Shown: positions 21,147 through 33,937 of the stretch, in pieces
Layout: the number at the start of each line of letters is the position of its first letter
Position numbering within the stretch: the stretch's first letter is position 1
Assembly (NCBI RefSeq): GCF_000315625.1
Contig: NW_005434512.1
Location: 45,952 to 109,951, forward strand
DNA: 64,000 bases
Origin: Guillardia theta CCMP2712
Taxonomy: Eukaryota > Protista > Cryptophyta
Direction of reading: 5' to 3'
Made by a program: the position numbers and the translations under genes
The notes under the pieces: model-generated
Database searches by the model: none
Told to the model about the DNA's origin: nothing
Seen by the model: only the letters and a program-made list of their open reading frames with translations

Positions 21147-24100
21147 ATGAGCTCAGCAGGCTTCTCGCAGATTGCTTCGAGGTTTAAGTTGCGACACAAA
21201 CGGGATCGCACCTCTGACACAGGTAAGACAAGGTGAAGACGAGGGCGAGGACGAGGACGAGATCATGATGATGACGACGACAATAGAGGAGATGGTGATG
21301 GTGACAATTGAACAGAGGCCTTCACGTCGTTTCGGAAACACCTTAAAGTTTCTCGGTCGCGGCTCGAGGACTTGAAGTCGGCGTCCTTATCGCGGATAGA
21401 GCAGCACAGGTGACTCGTCGCCTCCTCCTCTTCTGGCTCAATCAACCTTGACAGGAACGAGGGTCAGCACAAGTGGGCAGACTCGCTGCTGAGCTATGGC
21501 GAGCATCATGGAGGCCAGCTAGGGGAGCTGCTGATGGAGATGGGAAGGTGGGAAGGAGGAGAGGAAGAGCTGACTAGCATGTGATCCTCTGGTGGAGCAG
21601 AGCTCAGAGTCGGCTGGAGCAGGAGCGAGGGGCGCAGCTTGCGTCAGCTCAAGAGCGCTTCCTGCAGTCGGTGACGGAGATCCTCGACGTTCACTTCAGC
21701 AGGGTTCACAACAAGAAGATGCTGCTATACTCATACAGGTGGTCGAAAGGAGAAGAGATGCTGTTAGGTGGAGAAACTGACATGGAAGGCTAACAGAGGA
21801 GCCGTCGACGAGGCCTCGAGCAAGGTGAAGCATTACCGGCAGAAGATGAAAAGCGGGAAATCGCGGCAGGAGGCGAAAGTGAATAGCGAGAGGATGTTTT
21901 CTGTTCCCTCAAGTGCTCTCAGATGGAGTCTTCTATCCGCGACTACATCCAGGCCGAGAACTCTTACGCGCGTCTCAACTCGGAGATCATGACCAGGTTT
22001 GTCACCTGAGACCCTCCTGCTCCTCCTCATCCTCCCCCACTTCTCGATCCACCAACCGCCACCACCACTACCTCCTACTCCTTCATCCTCATCCTCATCC
22101 TCATCCTCATCCTCGTCCTCATCCTCATCCCCCTATTGCTGTCCTGCTGACAAGCTGTCATGGTGGCGCTAACAGCATCATGGAACTCGAAGCGCAAACA
22201 GGTTTCGAGCAAGAGAGGGAGAGGAGGGGTAGAAGGGAGACGGAGTAGAAGTGAAGGAGGGAGACCTGCCACTTACATGTGCTTGCAATTTAGGATTTAC
22301 GATCATGCAGTCAGCTGCTTCTTTCCTCCTCACAGAAACACAGATCTTGAACGGTAGGACAGTGTCCTCCCCTCCCCTCCCCTCCCCTCAAACTTTTCTC
22401 TCTTCTCCTCTCCAACTTTTCTCTCCTCTCCTCTCATAATCTTCTCTCCTCTCCTCTCCTACTCTTTTCTCTTCTCCCCTCCTACTCTTTTCCCTTCTTC
22501 TTTCTTCTTCCCTTGTACTCTTTTCTGTCTTGTCGGTCACTTCGGTTCCGCAGATTCTCTCCTGGCTCTGGAAGATCTCAAGCGCCCGATCCAACAATTT
22601 CTAGCCAAGTTCGAGGAGAGCAGGTGAGCCTTTGCTGGATGGAACAGCGAAGGGAGGGATGGGAGTATGATGAGAGTTAAGGAGGTCGAGAAGGCAAGAG
22701 GAAAGAGAGGGGGGGGAGGATCAGGTTCGACTGAGGAGGGGTTCAGGTTCCCGGTCGAGCAGCTTCTGTCCGACTCGCTGCCAGCTGAAGTGAACAAGGA
22801 GGAGGCGGAAACAATGATGGAGGTCCCATATGAGTCCCTTCCCAGCTCACTGACGCCATCGTTCACTGCCACAGCATCCTCCTCTCCTCCTCTCCTCCTC
22901 TCCTCTTTTGGTCGTCTCCTCCTCCGCTCCTTCCCTCTTCTCCACGTTTTTGTGACAAGCTCGTTCAGGTCCTGGACCGCGTCTGCCGGCTGCAAGTAGA
23001 GCGAGGAAGCGACGGCAGCATGTCGGGGCACCGTCTTCTGTCCTTGACCAGCAGGTCCCCACCTGAGATGCGCAGCTGCTGCTGACTCGCTGCAGGACAA
23101 TGAAGCGACAAGCGCAGGAGAGCGGGGACGTGACGGAGCTCCGAGCCCAGCAGACCTCCAGCTCCCTCCCATGCTCGACCTCACAGCAAGTCACTCACTC
23201 TCACGTATTCGGGCAGCTGCTGGAGCAGATCCCGTCGAAACGGCCGGCAAGGAGCGCAGAGGAGGAGATCATCTCTATCCCCGACGACTTGTCGCAGGCG
23301 CCCTGGGTGGTGCAGGAGATCTGCTGGGCCCTGGATGAGAGGGTCGTCGGAGTTGAGGTTGAGATCGAGCCTCCTCCTCCTCCCCCTTCCCCTCCGTCCT
23401 CCAATCTCATCCTCCTTTTCCTTATCTGGCCCTCTCCGCTTGACTCACTCTCTTCTTCTCGTGACTGTCCAGAGCATCTTCACAGAGGCTCGGGACCCAA
23501 AGCGCATCCAACAGGTGGAAGAGGAGAGGAGAGGAGAGGAGAGGAGAGGAGAGGAGAGGAGAGGAGAGGAGAGGAGGGTCAGGAGCACGTGAGTGGGTTC
23601 TAACGTGAGTTGAAGGCGAAGGAGGACATCCAAGAGAAAGATCACCTCTGCTTGAAAAGCTACTCGATGCTCGAGCTGTCTCTGCTGCTTAAGGTTCCTG
23701 TGCCTCTCCCTCCCCTCCTCCCTCTTCCTCGTCCTCTCTCCCATCTCACTCGCACTCCCGTTCCTGAGCTCCTTGCAGACTTTCTTGATGGACTTACCGG
23801 ACCCTCTCATCCCTCACAGTATCCTCCCCTTCTGCTCCTCCCTCCCTCATGTTTGTCAGGTCTCGACGCGAAGGTGGAGGAAACGTCGAACTTGGTGCTG
23901 CAGCTGAGAAGAAGAGACCCTAAGCAAGCAGTAGACCTTGTGAAGCTCTTGAAGGTCAGTATCCTCCTCCTCCTGATGCTGCTTGCTGCTTGTTCCTCTC
24001 CACTCCTCCTCACTTTCCTTGCGTAGGACCCCACCTTATCTCAGCAGCTCTCTCAGCTCATCTCCTTCCTACCGCAACGAAATTTGGCGACACTCAAGGT

Positions 24101-24402
24101 GGGGACGGTGGGGAGAGGCGGCGACGGAGGAGGAGGAGGAGTTTGGGTGGCGGGGTGGGATTGCGAGGAGAGGAGCGGAGAGGAGACGTGTCGTAAGCTA
24201 CCGCAGAGGATGCGAACGACTCTGGTGCGGCTGATGCGACGGACCAAGGAGGAGGAGACGAACATGCGCAACTTCAGCGTCCGCTTGGGCCCCTGCGTTT
24301 GTCGTCCGAGGGACTCAGTCAGCCTCACCAAAATCTTCAAGTGAGAGAAAACGAGGAGACACCTGAATATCCTTTCAACGTCCTCTTCCTCCTCCTCCTC
24401 AT

Positions 24403-24483
<81 letters not shown>

Positions 24484-25851
24484 CCCTCCACCACTGAAGC
24501 CTCTCCTTGCCTCTCTTCTGATCCTTTCTCTCCACCTGCTTCTCCCGCGTGCCTGCCCTTCTCTTGTCCTCTTTCTGTCAGCTCAACTCACTCTCCCTCA
24601 CTTCTTCTCTCACGCTTCTCCAGCTTCGCGCAGGTCGGTGCTCTCTTTCTCTTCCACGTCCTCTCCCTGCGCGAGCTGCCCAAGTCTCGAGGGTCCCAGG
24701 AGCTCTTGGAGGGAGGTGGAAGCCCGCAGCTTCTTCCTACTGACCCTCTCTCACGGCCAGGAAGCTTCTCCTCCAAGGTCTCCGCCGTCCTCTACTCCTT
24801 CTCCTCCTCCTCCTCTTCCCCCTCCCTCCTTCCCCAACCCTCCCCCTCCCTCCTCCTCCTCCTCCTTCTCCTGTCCCTCCCTGCCTCCTCCTTTTCTACT
24901 TCCTTCCTCGATTGTCCATTTGTCCCCTCCTCTACCCGCTGACCAACGCGCAGGGAAGCAAGCAAGGAGAGGCCTTGGAGGTTCAACTTCAATGGACGGG
25001 CGAAGGCTCCGAGCATGCAGGGCTGGAGGGAAGCGGCCGAGAGCCGGAAGCAGCTGCAAGCAGCCACGACGAGGCAGCAGGAGGAGAGGAGGAAGGGCTG
25101 CAGGAGGAAGAATGTTTCGCGGGGACAAGCTTCCGAGCTGATCAGTGGAAGACTTTCAAGATCGAGGAGGGGGAAGAGTCGTCTGCTGCCTCCCTGCATT
25201 CTGAGAACTGTATGCCGGCACAGGAGGAGGCGGGCGGAGGAGGAAGAGAAGAGAGCGGGGGAGGAGGAGGAGAGAGCGACTACACGGGGACCCTCAAGTC
25301 TCAGGCGATGACGGAGGCGTCTGCTGCTGCATCGTCTTCCCTCTGGCACTCGCTGACCCCAACGGCCAAGGACCGCAACTCCAAGGCTCTCCTCCACAGA
25401 CGCTGCCGGTCCCCTGCGGCCTCGAGAAGTTCATGACTGATGACGTGGCAGGTCGGGTGATGGAGACGTTTACGGCAAGGCCTGCTATGTGTCGACCAAC
25501 CCCTTTGATAGTCCACGCATCCCTTCCCCAAGGTCTGCACGCTGTGAACTCCTTTCTTCACTACTTTCCCTGTCCCTTTCCTTCTTAACTCACTCACACA
25601 CACTCTCTCTCTCACTCACTCCTTCGTCGTTTCCTCAAATTTCTTCCTTGCGTGTACCCACAAGTAGTTGCAGAATCGACGAAATTGTGGCGACGCCGAC
25701 GAGGCAGCAGGGGCGGCTGGTGGGGTGGGAGGAAGCCTCATCGTTCCTTGTGGAGACGGGTGGAGGGAGGGGTGAAGCGAAAGTGAGTGGGGGGCATGCG
25801 ATCACAGTCAGTCGAGGGTTGCAGGAGCGGGAGCAGAGCGACACGCTCTGA
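21147..25851 (+). CDS. BAR-domain + RhoGAP-like protein, multi-exon
   Basis: BAR-like helical exons (LGELLMEMG|RAQSRLEQERGAQLASAQERFLQSVTEILDVHFSRVHNKKMLL). RhoGAP motifs VFGQLLE..PWVVQEICWALDER, LPQRNLATLK and TNMRNFSVRLGPCVCRP. An NPF motif lies near the C-terminus. Ends are approximate. Confidence 0.65.
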
Positions 25852-26011
25852 TGGCTGGAGGGCTGCAAGGTGTACATACCAGACATGAACTTGTAATGGA
25901 AGTTAAACAAACAGTCGCATCCTCCTCCCCTGCTGCTCCTCTCGCTTGCTGGCAGCTGATGCTTCTCGAGGAAGTAGGAAAGCTCTTCACGCAACTTTGC
26001 ACTGGGGATCG

Positions 26012-27250
26012 TCAGTTTGCATCGCCCACCAGGAAGCCAGCACCCTCGCCCGAGCCAGAGCCCACAAAGACTCCCTTGCCCGATCCTGTTCCGTTGGAGA
26101 CGCTCACGTCGCTGCCAGATCCTTCGCCATGCCCGGCCGTCAAGTCAGTTCCCGACAGCTCGCCGTTATCTCCTGCGATGTCGGAGCCTGAGACGTGGCC
26201 ATCGCCGACGATCACGTCCGTTCCTGATCCTTGACCGTTTCCAATGTTCAACATGGTGCCAGACCCGTAGCCGTCCGTAACGCTGATCCCCGTCCCCGAC
26301 CCTGACCCGGACACGATGAACATGTCGTGCCCCTCATAGTTCTCCAGGATGCCCTTCCCTTCCACGAACCCATCGCCGACAGTGATCATGTGCCCGGAGC
26401 CAACGCCCTTCCCAACCGATACCATCATCCCTGTCCCGTCACCAGAGCCAGCGAACATGCCCGTTCCCATGCCTTCGCCGGTTCCCGCCGTCACGCCATC
26501 GCCGTTGACAACTCCCTTGCTGACCGTCACGCCATCGCCTGAGCCGATGCCGTTGGCCACGTGGATTCCAGCACCTGCGGCCAGTGAGCGACGCACCTCT
26601 CCCTCCCTTTCCTTCCCTCTCCCTCTTCCTCCCCCCCTTCCTCGCCCTCTCCCTCCCTCTCCCTCCATCGCACTCACCGACAACTTCGCCAGTCTGAAAG
26701 TCAGCGCCAGCTCCTTGAGCAGCGACGTCGCCGTTACCCATCACTTGCTCGTTGCCGGCGAAGTTCTTGATGTGATGGTACGAGGCTCCAGCAGTGACTG
26801 GAGGAGACGAGCTGTCGTCCGTAGTTGCCACTACAAACCCTGGCTCGCTAGCTGGTTGTGCTGCTGGTGCTGGTGCTGCTGGTGCTGGTGCTGCTGGTGC
26901 TGCTGGTGCTGGTGAGTCAGCAGCCGGAGCAGTCGATGCCAGAACTTGTGTGCGAGCATACAGAGAGCTCTGCTTGCGAGAGGCAGCTTTGATCATGGTT
27001 TCAGCGAGAGAGATCTGCTCGGGCGTCGAGAGTGAGTGCCAATGCGCATTGGCTGCAAGAAGTTTCGCATCCGTTTGCTGTAGGAGCAAGGAGGTTATCG
27101 ACAGAACAGAAGGAGGAGCAAAGATCACGTTGGACGTGGAGATGATCATGGCGACAGCTGTGAGCGCGAGAGAGACAAGCACGGCTCCAACAAATGCAGT
27201 CAGACGATGATCAGCTGTTGGCCGTCTGACTCCAACAGCATCGAATGCCT
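26012..27250 (-). CDS. Secreted or membrane-anchored protein with Ala/Pro linker and Gly-rich ~10-aa repeats
   Basis: Hydrophobic leader (FVGAVLVSLALTAVAMII), APAAP linker, an intron near 26577-26677, then G-x-G-x-G repeats ending GFLVGDAN*. The start exon is uncertain. Confidence 0.65.
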
Positions 27251-28186
27251 GCGAGAAGAGAAGGAGTGAGTCACTATTTATCTCTACCTACAACCCTGGT
27301 CGACACCCTCACAGCACCTCAGAGCATCTCCCTTCCATCATGACAGCAAACTTTTCTCACGATTACTCTACGTCCTTACCCACAGCCTCATCATCTTCAT
27401 CATGTCATCAGCTCTTCTTATCTTCTCTCTCCCGTTGGTTCAGAACCTCCCTCAGTGCCCTGCTCGGCCCAGTTCCTCCTGCCTCCACACGCTTCTCGGC
27501 ACGTTTCACTTTCCTTCTCTCATCTTTCGTTTCTCATTATTCCATACCTCAAGGTCTCTGCTCTCCAACGCGCCATAGACGACCGACGGCGCTGCTTCCG
27601 TGCCCATCCCTCGCGCCATCGTCGCCTTCTATTTTCGGCTCACCCGAAATATCAACCAGCACCCACCCCTACAACCCAACTCTGTCTTTCCCACCCCTAC
27701 TTAAGACCCCAGATACCACCCGTGGTACTACCGTATCAGCTACAAGGCTTGACTCTACCCCCGGGGGCCCCCAAGGGCTTTCTGCCGGGGCCCCGGGCCG
27801 ACAGTGCGGGTTGACCTCATCCCCCCTCATACCATGATCTATCAACTTGGCAAACAGCCGCTGAGGCCAGCCAGTGGCAGCGCTGAGCGGCACCCGGCAG
27901 GCTGCAAGTTCGGAAGCCTGGGAGGGCCATCGCTGGCCTACTAGCCTACTAGGCTGAGGCCCGGGCCGCCCGGGCCTCAGGCTCGGGCTGATCCGAACTG
28001 AACTTCGGAACTTCGGAACTTGGCTCAGCGCTCGGGGCCGCGCCGGGCCGCCCGGTGGCAGAGGGACCACTGAGTCCGCCTCAAAGAAGACATGGTTCAT
28101 ACGAGGACCCCTACCTACTATTGTGCAGCTCAATACACCGGTGTGTTCTCATGCGATCGTCAGCGAAATCAGCCTGTGGAACCGAA

Positions 28187-28270
28187 ATGGAGGATTTATA
28201 TGATCACGTCGAGAGGAAACAGGTGAAGAAGGGGGGGGGAGGAGGGGGAGGAAGATGGAAGGAGGAAGGG

Positions 28271-28305
<35 letters not shown>

Positions 28306-29502
28306 GACAGAGACAGAGACAGAGACAGAGACAGAGACAGAGACAGAGACAGAGACAGAGACAGAGACAGAGACAGAGAGACAGAGACAGAGACAGAGAC
28401 AGAGACAGAGACAGAGACAGAGACAGAGACAGAGACAGAGACAGAGACAGAGACAGACAGAGACAGAGACAGAGACAGAGACAGAGACAGAGACAGAGAC
28501 AGAGACAGAGACAGACAGAGACAGAGACAGAGACAGAGAGAGACAGAGACAGAGACAGAGACAGAGACAGAGAGACAGAGAGACAGAGAGACAGAGAGAG
28601 ACAGATACAAATGTTCAGCAAACGAATTTGTTGAAATGTTTTGCAGTGCGAATGTCTCAATGCAGATGAATCGTTTCCACTGTCAAACGCAATAGACCGC
28701 GAGGCGAGAGAAGATGACGAGAAGTTTCTCAAGAGCGACTGTATGATTCAATCGCCTGGTCTATTTCACTGACGGCGAGCAGGCGACGCGCAGCTTTTGC
28801 TTCACATCGCCTTTCAGCAAGTGAGGTACCTCAACGCCTGTATGCTTCGCTTACCTGCAAGTGACAGATCGTCAAGATTCACTCGATTGTGAGGAGAAGA
28901 GTGCGGTCTGCTCGATGACCGTGATGTTTTATCAGGTCATCTACACATGCCAGAAGCATCGCGCGGTAGGGCCGAAGAAGATTGCTCTGTTTGTCAACAA
29001 ACCCCACCTAGACTTCAGCAGCTGTGAATCCGAGAAAACCTCTCAGGTCAGCCGTTAAGCGTTTTTGTCCCTGTGTTGACACTTGCGAGCAGGAGATGGA
29101 ACTGACCGATGACTTGCTTGACGGCAGACCGTTGGAGCTCAAGTTTACTTCCTTTCAGAATGTTTCGAGGTAACATTCTGAAAGAAGGTTGAGGGGGATG
29201 AAAGTGAGGTCGCTGGCCAGTCTTTCTATCCTCGTCAAGGGGAACATGAGCGGCGATGAAGACGAACCGACCATCATTAGCAAGCTTTCCTTCCTTGGCT
29301 TCACCACCAACATCGAAGTGAGTGAAGACAAGGAAAAGGACTCGAGGTGTCTAGAGCTCATTGGCTGGCAGGGGAGAAAGCGAACTCTTGAAGAGCAGAA
29401 GGCCGCATGTGAGCTCACATGCTCAACGTCTTGTTTCTACTCGACGAACCCACTGACAAGTCTGTCTGACCAGCTGCCGGCGATTGGCTGAACCCAAAGT
29501 AG
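28187..29502 (+). CDS. PITH domain protein (PITHD1/TXNL1-C like)
   Basis: Spliced MEDLYDHVERKQ|CECLNADE...FLKSD|...IVKIHSI...GPKKIALFVNKPHLDFSSCE..ELKFTSFQNVS|SLSILVKGNMSGDEDEPTIISKLSFLG, a typical PITH pattern. Confidence 0.85.
28271..28604. repeat. (AGAC)n/(AGAGAC)n microsatellite in PITH intron 1
   Basis: Visible directly. Confidence 0.95.
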
Positions 29503-30292
29503 GGACGGAGAGAATTGCAAGGGGAAGCAGAACGCAGAAGCACCTGAAGGAAGGAGAGGGACGCTGAGGGAAAGATCATCGCTGGCATGTGCCTTTCATT
29601 GTCCATATGCAGTGAGAGTGACAAGTTTACTTTAACCCCCAACATCAAAACCTTCACGTCACAGCAATATCAATTCAAAGAATCTTCGATCGTAGGTTCT
29701 CCGACATAAAAGCGAAGCTTTGATCTCGCCTTATTTCACCACAATTTCCCTGAATAGTTTGCTTCTCCATATCCCCTATCTTATTCTCCGTTACAGTTCA
29801 CTTCGTTTGTCTGCCTTGAGTTGCTCCTCCTTTCCTCTCCTGCAACGAATTTATATGATGTCTTCCTCTCTCCTCTACCTTCATGATTCTTGGTCGCTTC
29901 ACTCTCCGTTTGTTTCTTCTTGCTCTGTTCTTCTCATCTGGTCTCAGACCTTGTCCTTGCTGCTTTTCTTCCCGTCCCTTTCTCTGCTCCTCCTCCTCCT
30001 ATCATCCAAACTTGCCTCAGCGCTGGTTGTTGAGAATGGGGGCGCAGGGGTAGCTGAAAGGAGGGGGTGGTGAAACCTTCTGATGACGATGGGGGTGGTC
30101 TGGGGCACTTGAGGGGTGGGTGGTTTCAATCTCGCTGTATCTCTCGATCTCAAATTTCAGATACCGCGAGATTGCATCCCATACCATCCCTACCCCCAAA
30201 GGTCCCTTCCTTGGTTCTACCCTACCCTTCGATTATCTATGAAACAGTAGATAAACGGAGGGGTACATCCATAGGGAGGTAATTATGAAAGA

Positions 30293-30834
30293 GGGTCAAT
30301 TTTTTTGCAGGGTGGCGGTACTTTCAAAGTTCTGTAGTACCTGTATTTAATTAATGAATATATGGGGTGTAAGTCCTAGGGGTGGTATTAGGAGGGGGTA
30401 GGGGTACATGGTTTGCGTCTCATAATCTCGAGCGATCTCGCCTTCAGGGATGAAATGGCTCCAGTGAAGGACGGGGGGAGAAGAGCCTGAGGAGAGGAGA
30501 GAGGAAGCGAGGAGATGATAGCACAGGATAACACAGCATAGCACAACACAGCACAGCACAGGAAGGCAGGAGAGGAGAGGAGAGGAGAGGAGAGGAGAGC
30601 CTCAGATGAAAGGAGAGGTGAGGGGTGGATAGTGAGGTAGAAAAGCCCAAAAGAAGCAGCGAAGAGAGAATTGATGTGCAAGAGAGCGAAAGATTAACGG
30701 AGGACAGGCAGCTTTCAAGGTGGAGAAGAGACAAAACATGAAAAAAGAGGAACTGGAACGCAAGGTCAGAGATGAATGAAGAAAAGACGAAGAAAAGACG
30801 GGTCAATTTTTTTGCAGGGTGGCGGTACTTTCAA
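30293..30834 (+). repeat. Identical 35-bp direct repeat GGGTCAATTTTTTTGCAGGGTGGCGGTACTTTCAA at 30293-30327 and 30800-30834
   Basis: Exact match of the two copies, 507 bp apart. Confidence 0.9.
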
Positions 30835-31112
30835 CTTTTCAAGTGGGGAGAGGAAATAAGCCCTGTAGAAACAAAGCAGGACATTTATAAGAGAATTGTG
30901 GAATAGCATCGAAGCGCAAGCAGTAGAGTAGTGAAAAGGGGAGCAAGAGGTGAGAAAGCGGATCTAAAAGAAAATATAAGATCAGCACAGCATGAGTGTG
31001 GAAACGGAGAGGGTGTGTATCTGGGGTGAAAGTGCGATTTGAGGTTAGGATGGATTGAACGAGTAGCTGCTAGATCATGTGAGAGAAGAAAGTGGTAGAG
31101 CTAGATGAGAGC

Positions 31113-32766
31113 TATGACGACTATGTGGGACGAGAGTCCTGCTCTCCCTTTCTCTGAGTTTGAGCAGATGCAGCACCATCAATCATCCCGCAAGACTGTT
31201 GGACCCTCAGAACGACAAGGTTTGTGACATGATTGTGGTGTTTCATTCTGATAGCCTGACATGATTGTGGTGTTTCATTCTGATAGCCTGACATGATTGT
31301 GGTGTTTCATTCTGATAGCCTGACATGATTGTGGTGTTTCACTCTGATAGCCTGACATGATTGTGGTGTTTCATTCTGATAGCCTGACATGATTGTGGTG
31401 TTTCATTCTGATAGCCTGGCAGTGTGGAATTCCTCATGGGGTATGCCCGAACACGATTACTGGCGAGCCCACATCCTTGACTCCAAGTCTGTTCCTTCGA
31501 CTCTCAAGATCTCTCGGGGTGACTGAAGTCATGCACAGGCTGCTTGCTTCTGCTCGCTCCTACTCCAACTCAGCCTCTAAGGGCCACTCCATGGTCAGCT
31601 CACGAGGAGCCGAGGATCATTATGCAGCAGTTGGCGAGCAACGGGTGGAGGAGGCAGAGAGTCAGCCTTCCTCGCGCCTGCAGGTGCCTGGTTCTTGGCG
31701 GCAGGGAGGTTGTGACAGCGAGCAGCAGCCCATCCCTCCCAAAAAAGAGCTCATCATCTTCCCCCGACGCAAGGCTGGGCAGCTTAAGAGGTTGCAAAGA
31801 GCCTTTGATGCCTTTGCTGACCTGTCGCAGGGACGCTGACAACGTCGCGCCGGTCCAGCTGACGTTGCAAGTGCTGGAGGACATCGCGAACATCCCGCTG
31901 GTGGCAGCAGCTAAGAAGCTCGTGCGTCTCAGCCGCTTCTGCTGCCTCGCTCACCCCCTTGCAGGGAATCTCCAAGACGGCGTTGAAGAACGCCTGTAGG
32001 AACTTGGGGCTTGACCGCTGGCCTTTCCGTCGAAGGCTGGAACACGCTAGACAGCACGGCAACGTCGAGCGAGAGGTGGGAGAGGAGGCGAGAGGAGAAG
32101 GAGTGCAGTCACTCTTTCGCAGTCGTGGATCAATTTGCAAGGATCGAATGACGCTGCAAGTGAAGAAGGCCAGGAAGAAGATGATGAGATGACAAGCTGG
32201 ACTCTAGCTGGAAGAGACGCGGTGAGACGCGTTGTTCGGCTCCTCTCCTAGAGTCTGACTCCCTTGATCGCAGGCAAGCAGGTCTCAAGGCTCGCTCGGA
32301 GAGCAGAGCAGGGCCAAGGAAGAGGCCAAGAGAGGCTTCCATGGTGCCGACCTGACCATCGAGACCCTGGCGGCGAAGTTTGAGGCTGAGGGATCGACGA
32401 CTGCGTCGCTCTCGGACTCCAACACAGAAGAAGTGATCTCAACTGAGACGAGCGAGCACGGCGGTGCCAACGTGTGGAGCATGCTCGAAGAATGTCACGA
32501 GTATCCCCTTCACATCCCAGGTGAAGACGCTAGGGCTGCGGGTAAGGAGAAACATCCCTTGCTGTAACTCCCTTGGCGTCTTCCTCACTTTTCGTCTCTC
32601 AGCACCCAACACAGTATGGACTCAAAGTTTGGACGCGATTCGAGACTCGACGACTTGCACTAGGTCTCTCTCAGCCTCGTTTCTGACCTCCTCACCTGCC
32701 TCCTCCAGGCTCGCTTCTCCCGCTCCAATGGACTTTCTCTTTGGAGAGGAGGAGCGCTTCCTCTGA
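31113..32766 (+). CDS. RWP-RK domain transcription factor, multi-exon
   Basis: IIFPRRKAGQ..|..LTLQVLEDIANIPLVAAAKKL|GISKTALKNACRNLGLDRWPFRR. Ends FLFGEEERFL*. Start is approximate. Confidence 0.85.
31225..31416. repeat. 32-bp minisatellite x6 (TGACATGATTGTGGTGTTTCATTCTGATAGCC) filling an intron
   Basis: Six tandem units with one SNP, between GT at 31220 and AG at 31422. Confidence 0.95.
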
Positions 32767-32835
32767 AGCTACAGTCTCATCCGAGGGAGACGAGGAGAGG
32801 AAGGCTATGTACTGCGATTGTAACATGCACAAGAT

Positions 32836-33902
32836 TTAGGCTATTGCTGTCTTCTCTCCCCTGTTGAGCTCGACAGCGAGTTCGATCGCCTCCTTCAAGT
32901 TCGGGTCTTCTTGCTCCCTCCCTTCCTCCCCTTTCTCAGCCTGCGACCTCGGTTCCCCCCTCTCCTCTGCTTCGCCTTCTCTTCCTCCTGCTCCCTGCAA
33001 TGCGCTTGCGCCACCTTTGCTAGCGGGTCGCGATAGGCTGCGGCGTCATGAGCTCCACCACTTCGCCTCCTCCTCCTCTTCCTCCCTACCTGTGAGGCCC
33101 TGCGATGATGGCGATCTGGAGTGGCTTCTGAGCCCCTCCCTCGTCCCCCCGCAGCACCTTGAACCTCCCGTTGCTCTGCTTCGTGAAGGCCTTCACCTCT
33201 TCGTGAGAGAGCCTGGGGCTGCGGGGGCGAGCAGGAGACGAGGGGCGGAGGGAGGAGGGACACGGGCTGTCCTGGGAGAGGAGGGAGAGGGCGCTGCTGG
33301 CAGGAAGGAGATTCTGAGAGGGGATCAGACGTAGATGCGAGCAAAAAGCCGGACCCACCTGCCCCCGAGCTGAGAGAGGTCGACGAGCTGAGAGCGGGCG
33401 CGAGTCCCGGGATGACTTCGAGCTGGAGTCCAGCTGAAGGTCTGCCGCTGCACTCAAATCCGGCTCCTCGCCCCTGAGTTTCTGCTTGCCGGAAAACGAA
33501 ATGAGAAGAAGACAAGAGGGAGGTGGGGAAGTTGAAGGAAGAGGACGGAAGTGGGGTGGGTAGAGTAGCGAGAGAGGAAGGGAAGACGAAGAGCGAAGGA
33601 AGTTGACGAGGCACCTGCAACCCAAGCGAGGGCACGTCTCTGACAATCCGAACTGGCGTGCCGGGCCGAGAGAGGATGAGAGGAGCTAGACGAGGTTTAG
33701 AACATCAAGAGAGGCTCGGGGATTAGCCGGGAGGGTTGAAAAGATGATGATCAAAGAGAGGAGGGAGCCTGGTCTCTCACCCGCTCTGTGCGATCTCGCC
33801 GTCTCATCGCCACTCAAGTCTTCATCAATTTTCCTCCTCTCAATGTGCGGAACCTGCGATGGACAACGAGGAGTAAGGAGATGAGGAGGAGGAGGAGAGG
33901 GT

Positions 33903-33937
<35 letters not shown>

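Noticed and set aside
28055-28732. ETET/RQRQ/SLSL ORFs
   Set aside because: (AGAGAC)n microsatellite in the PITH intron.
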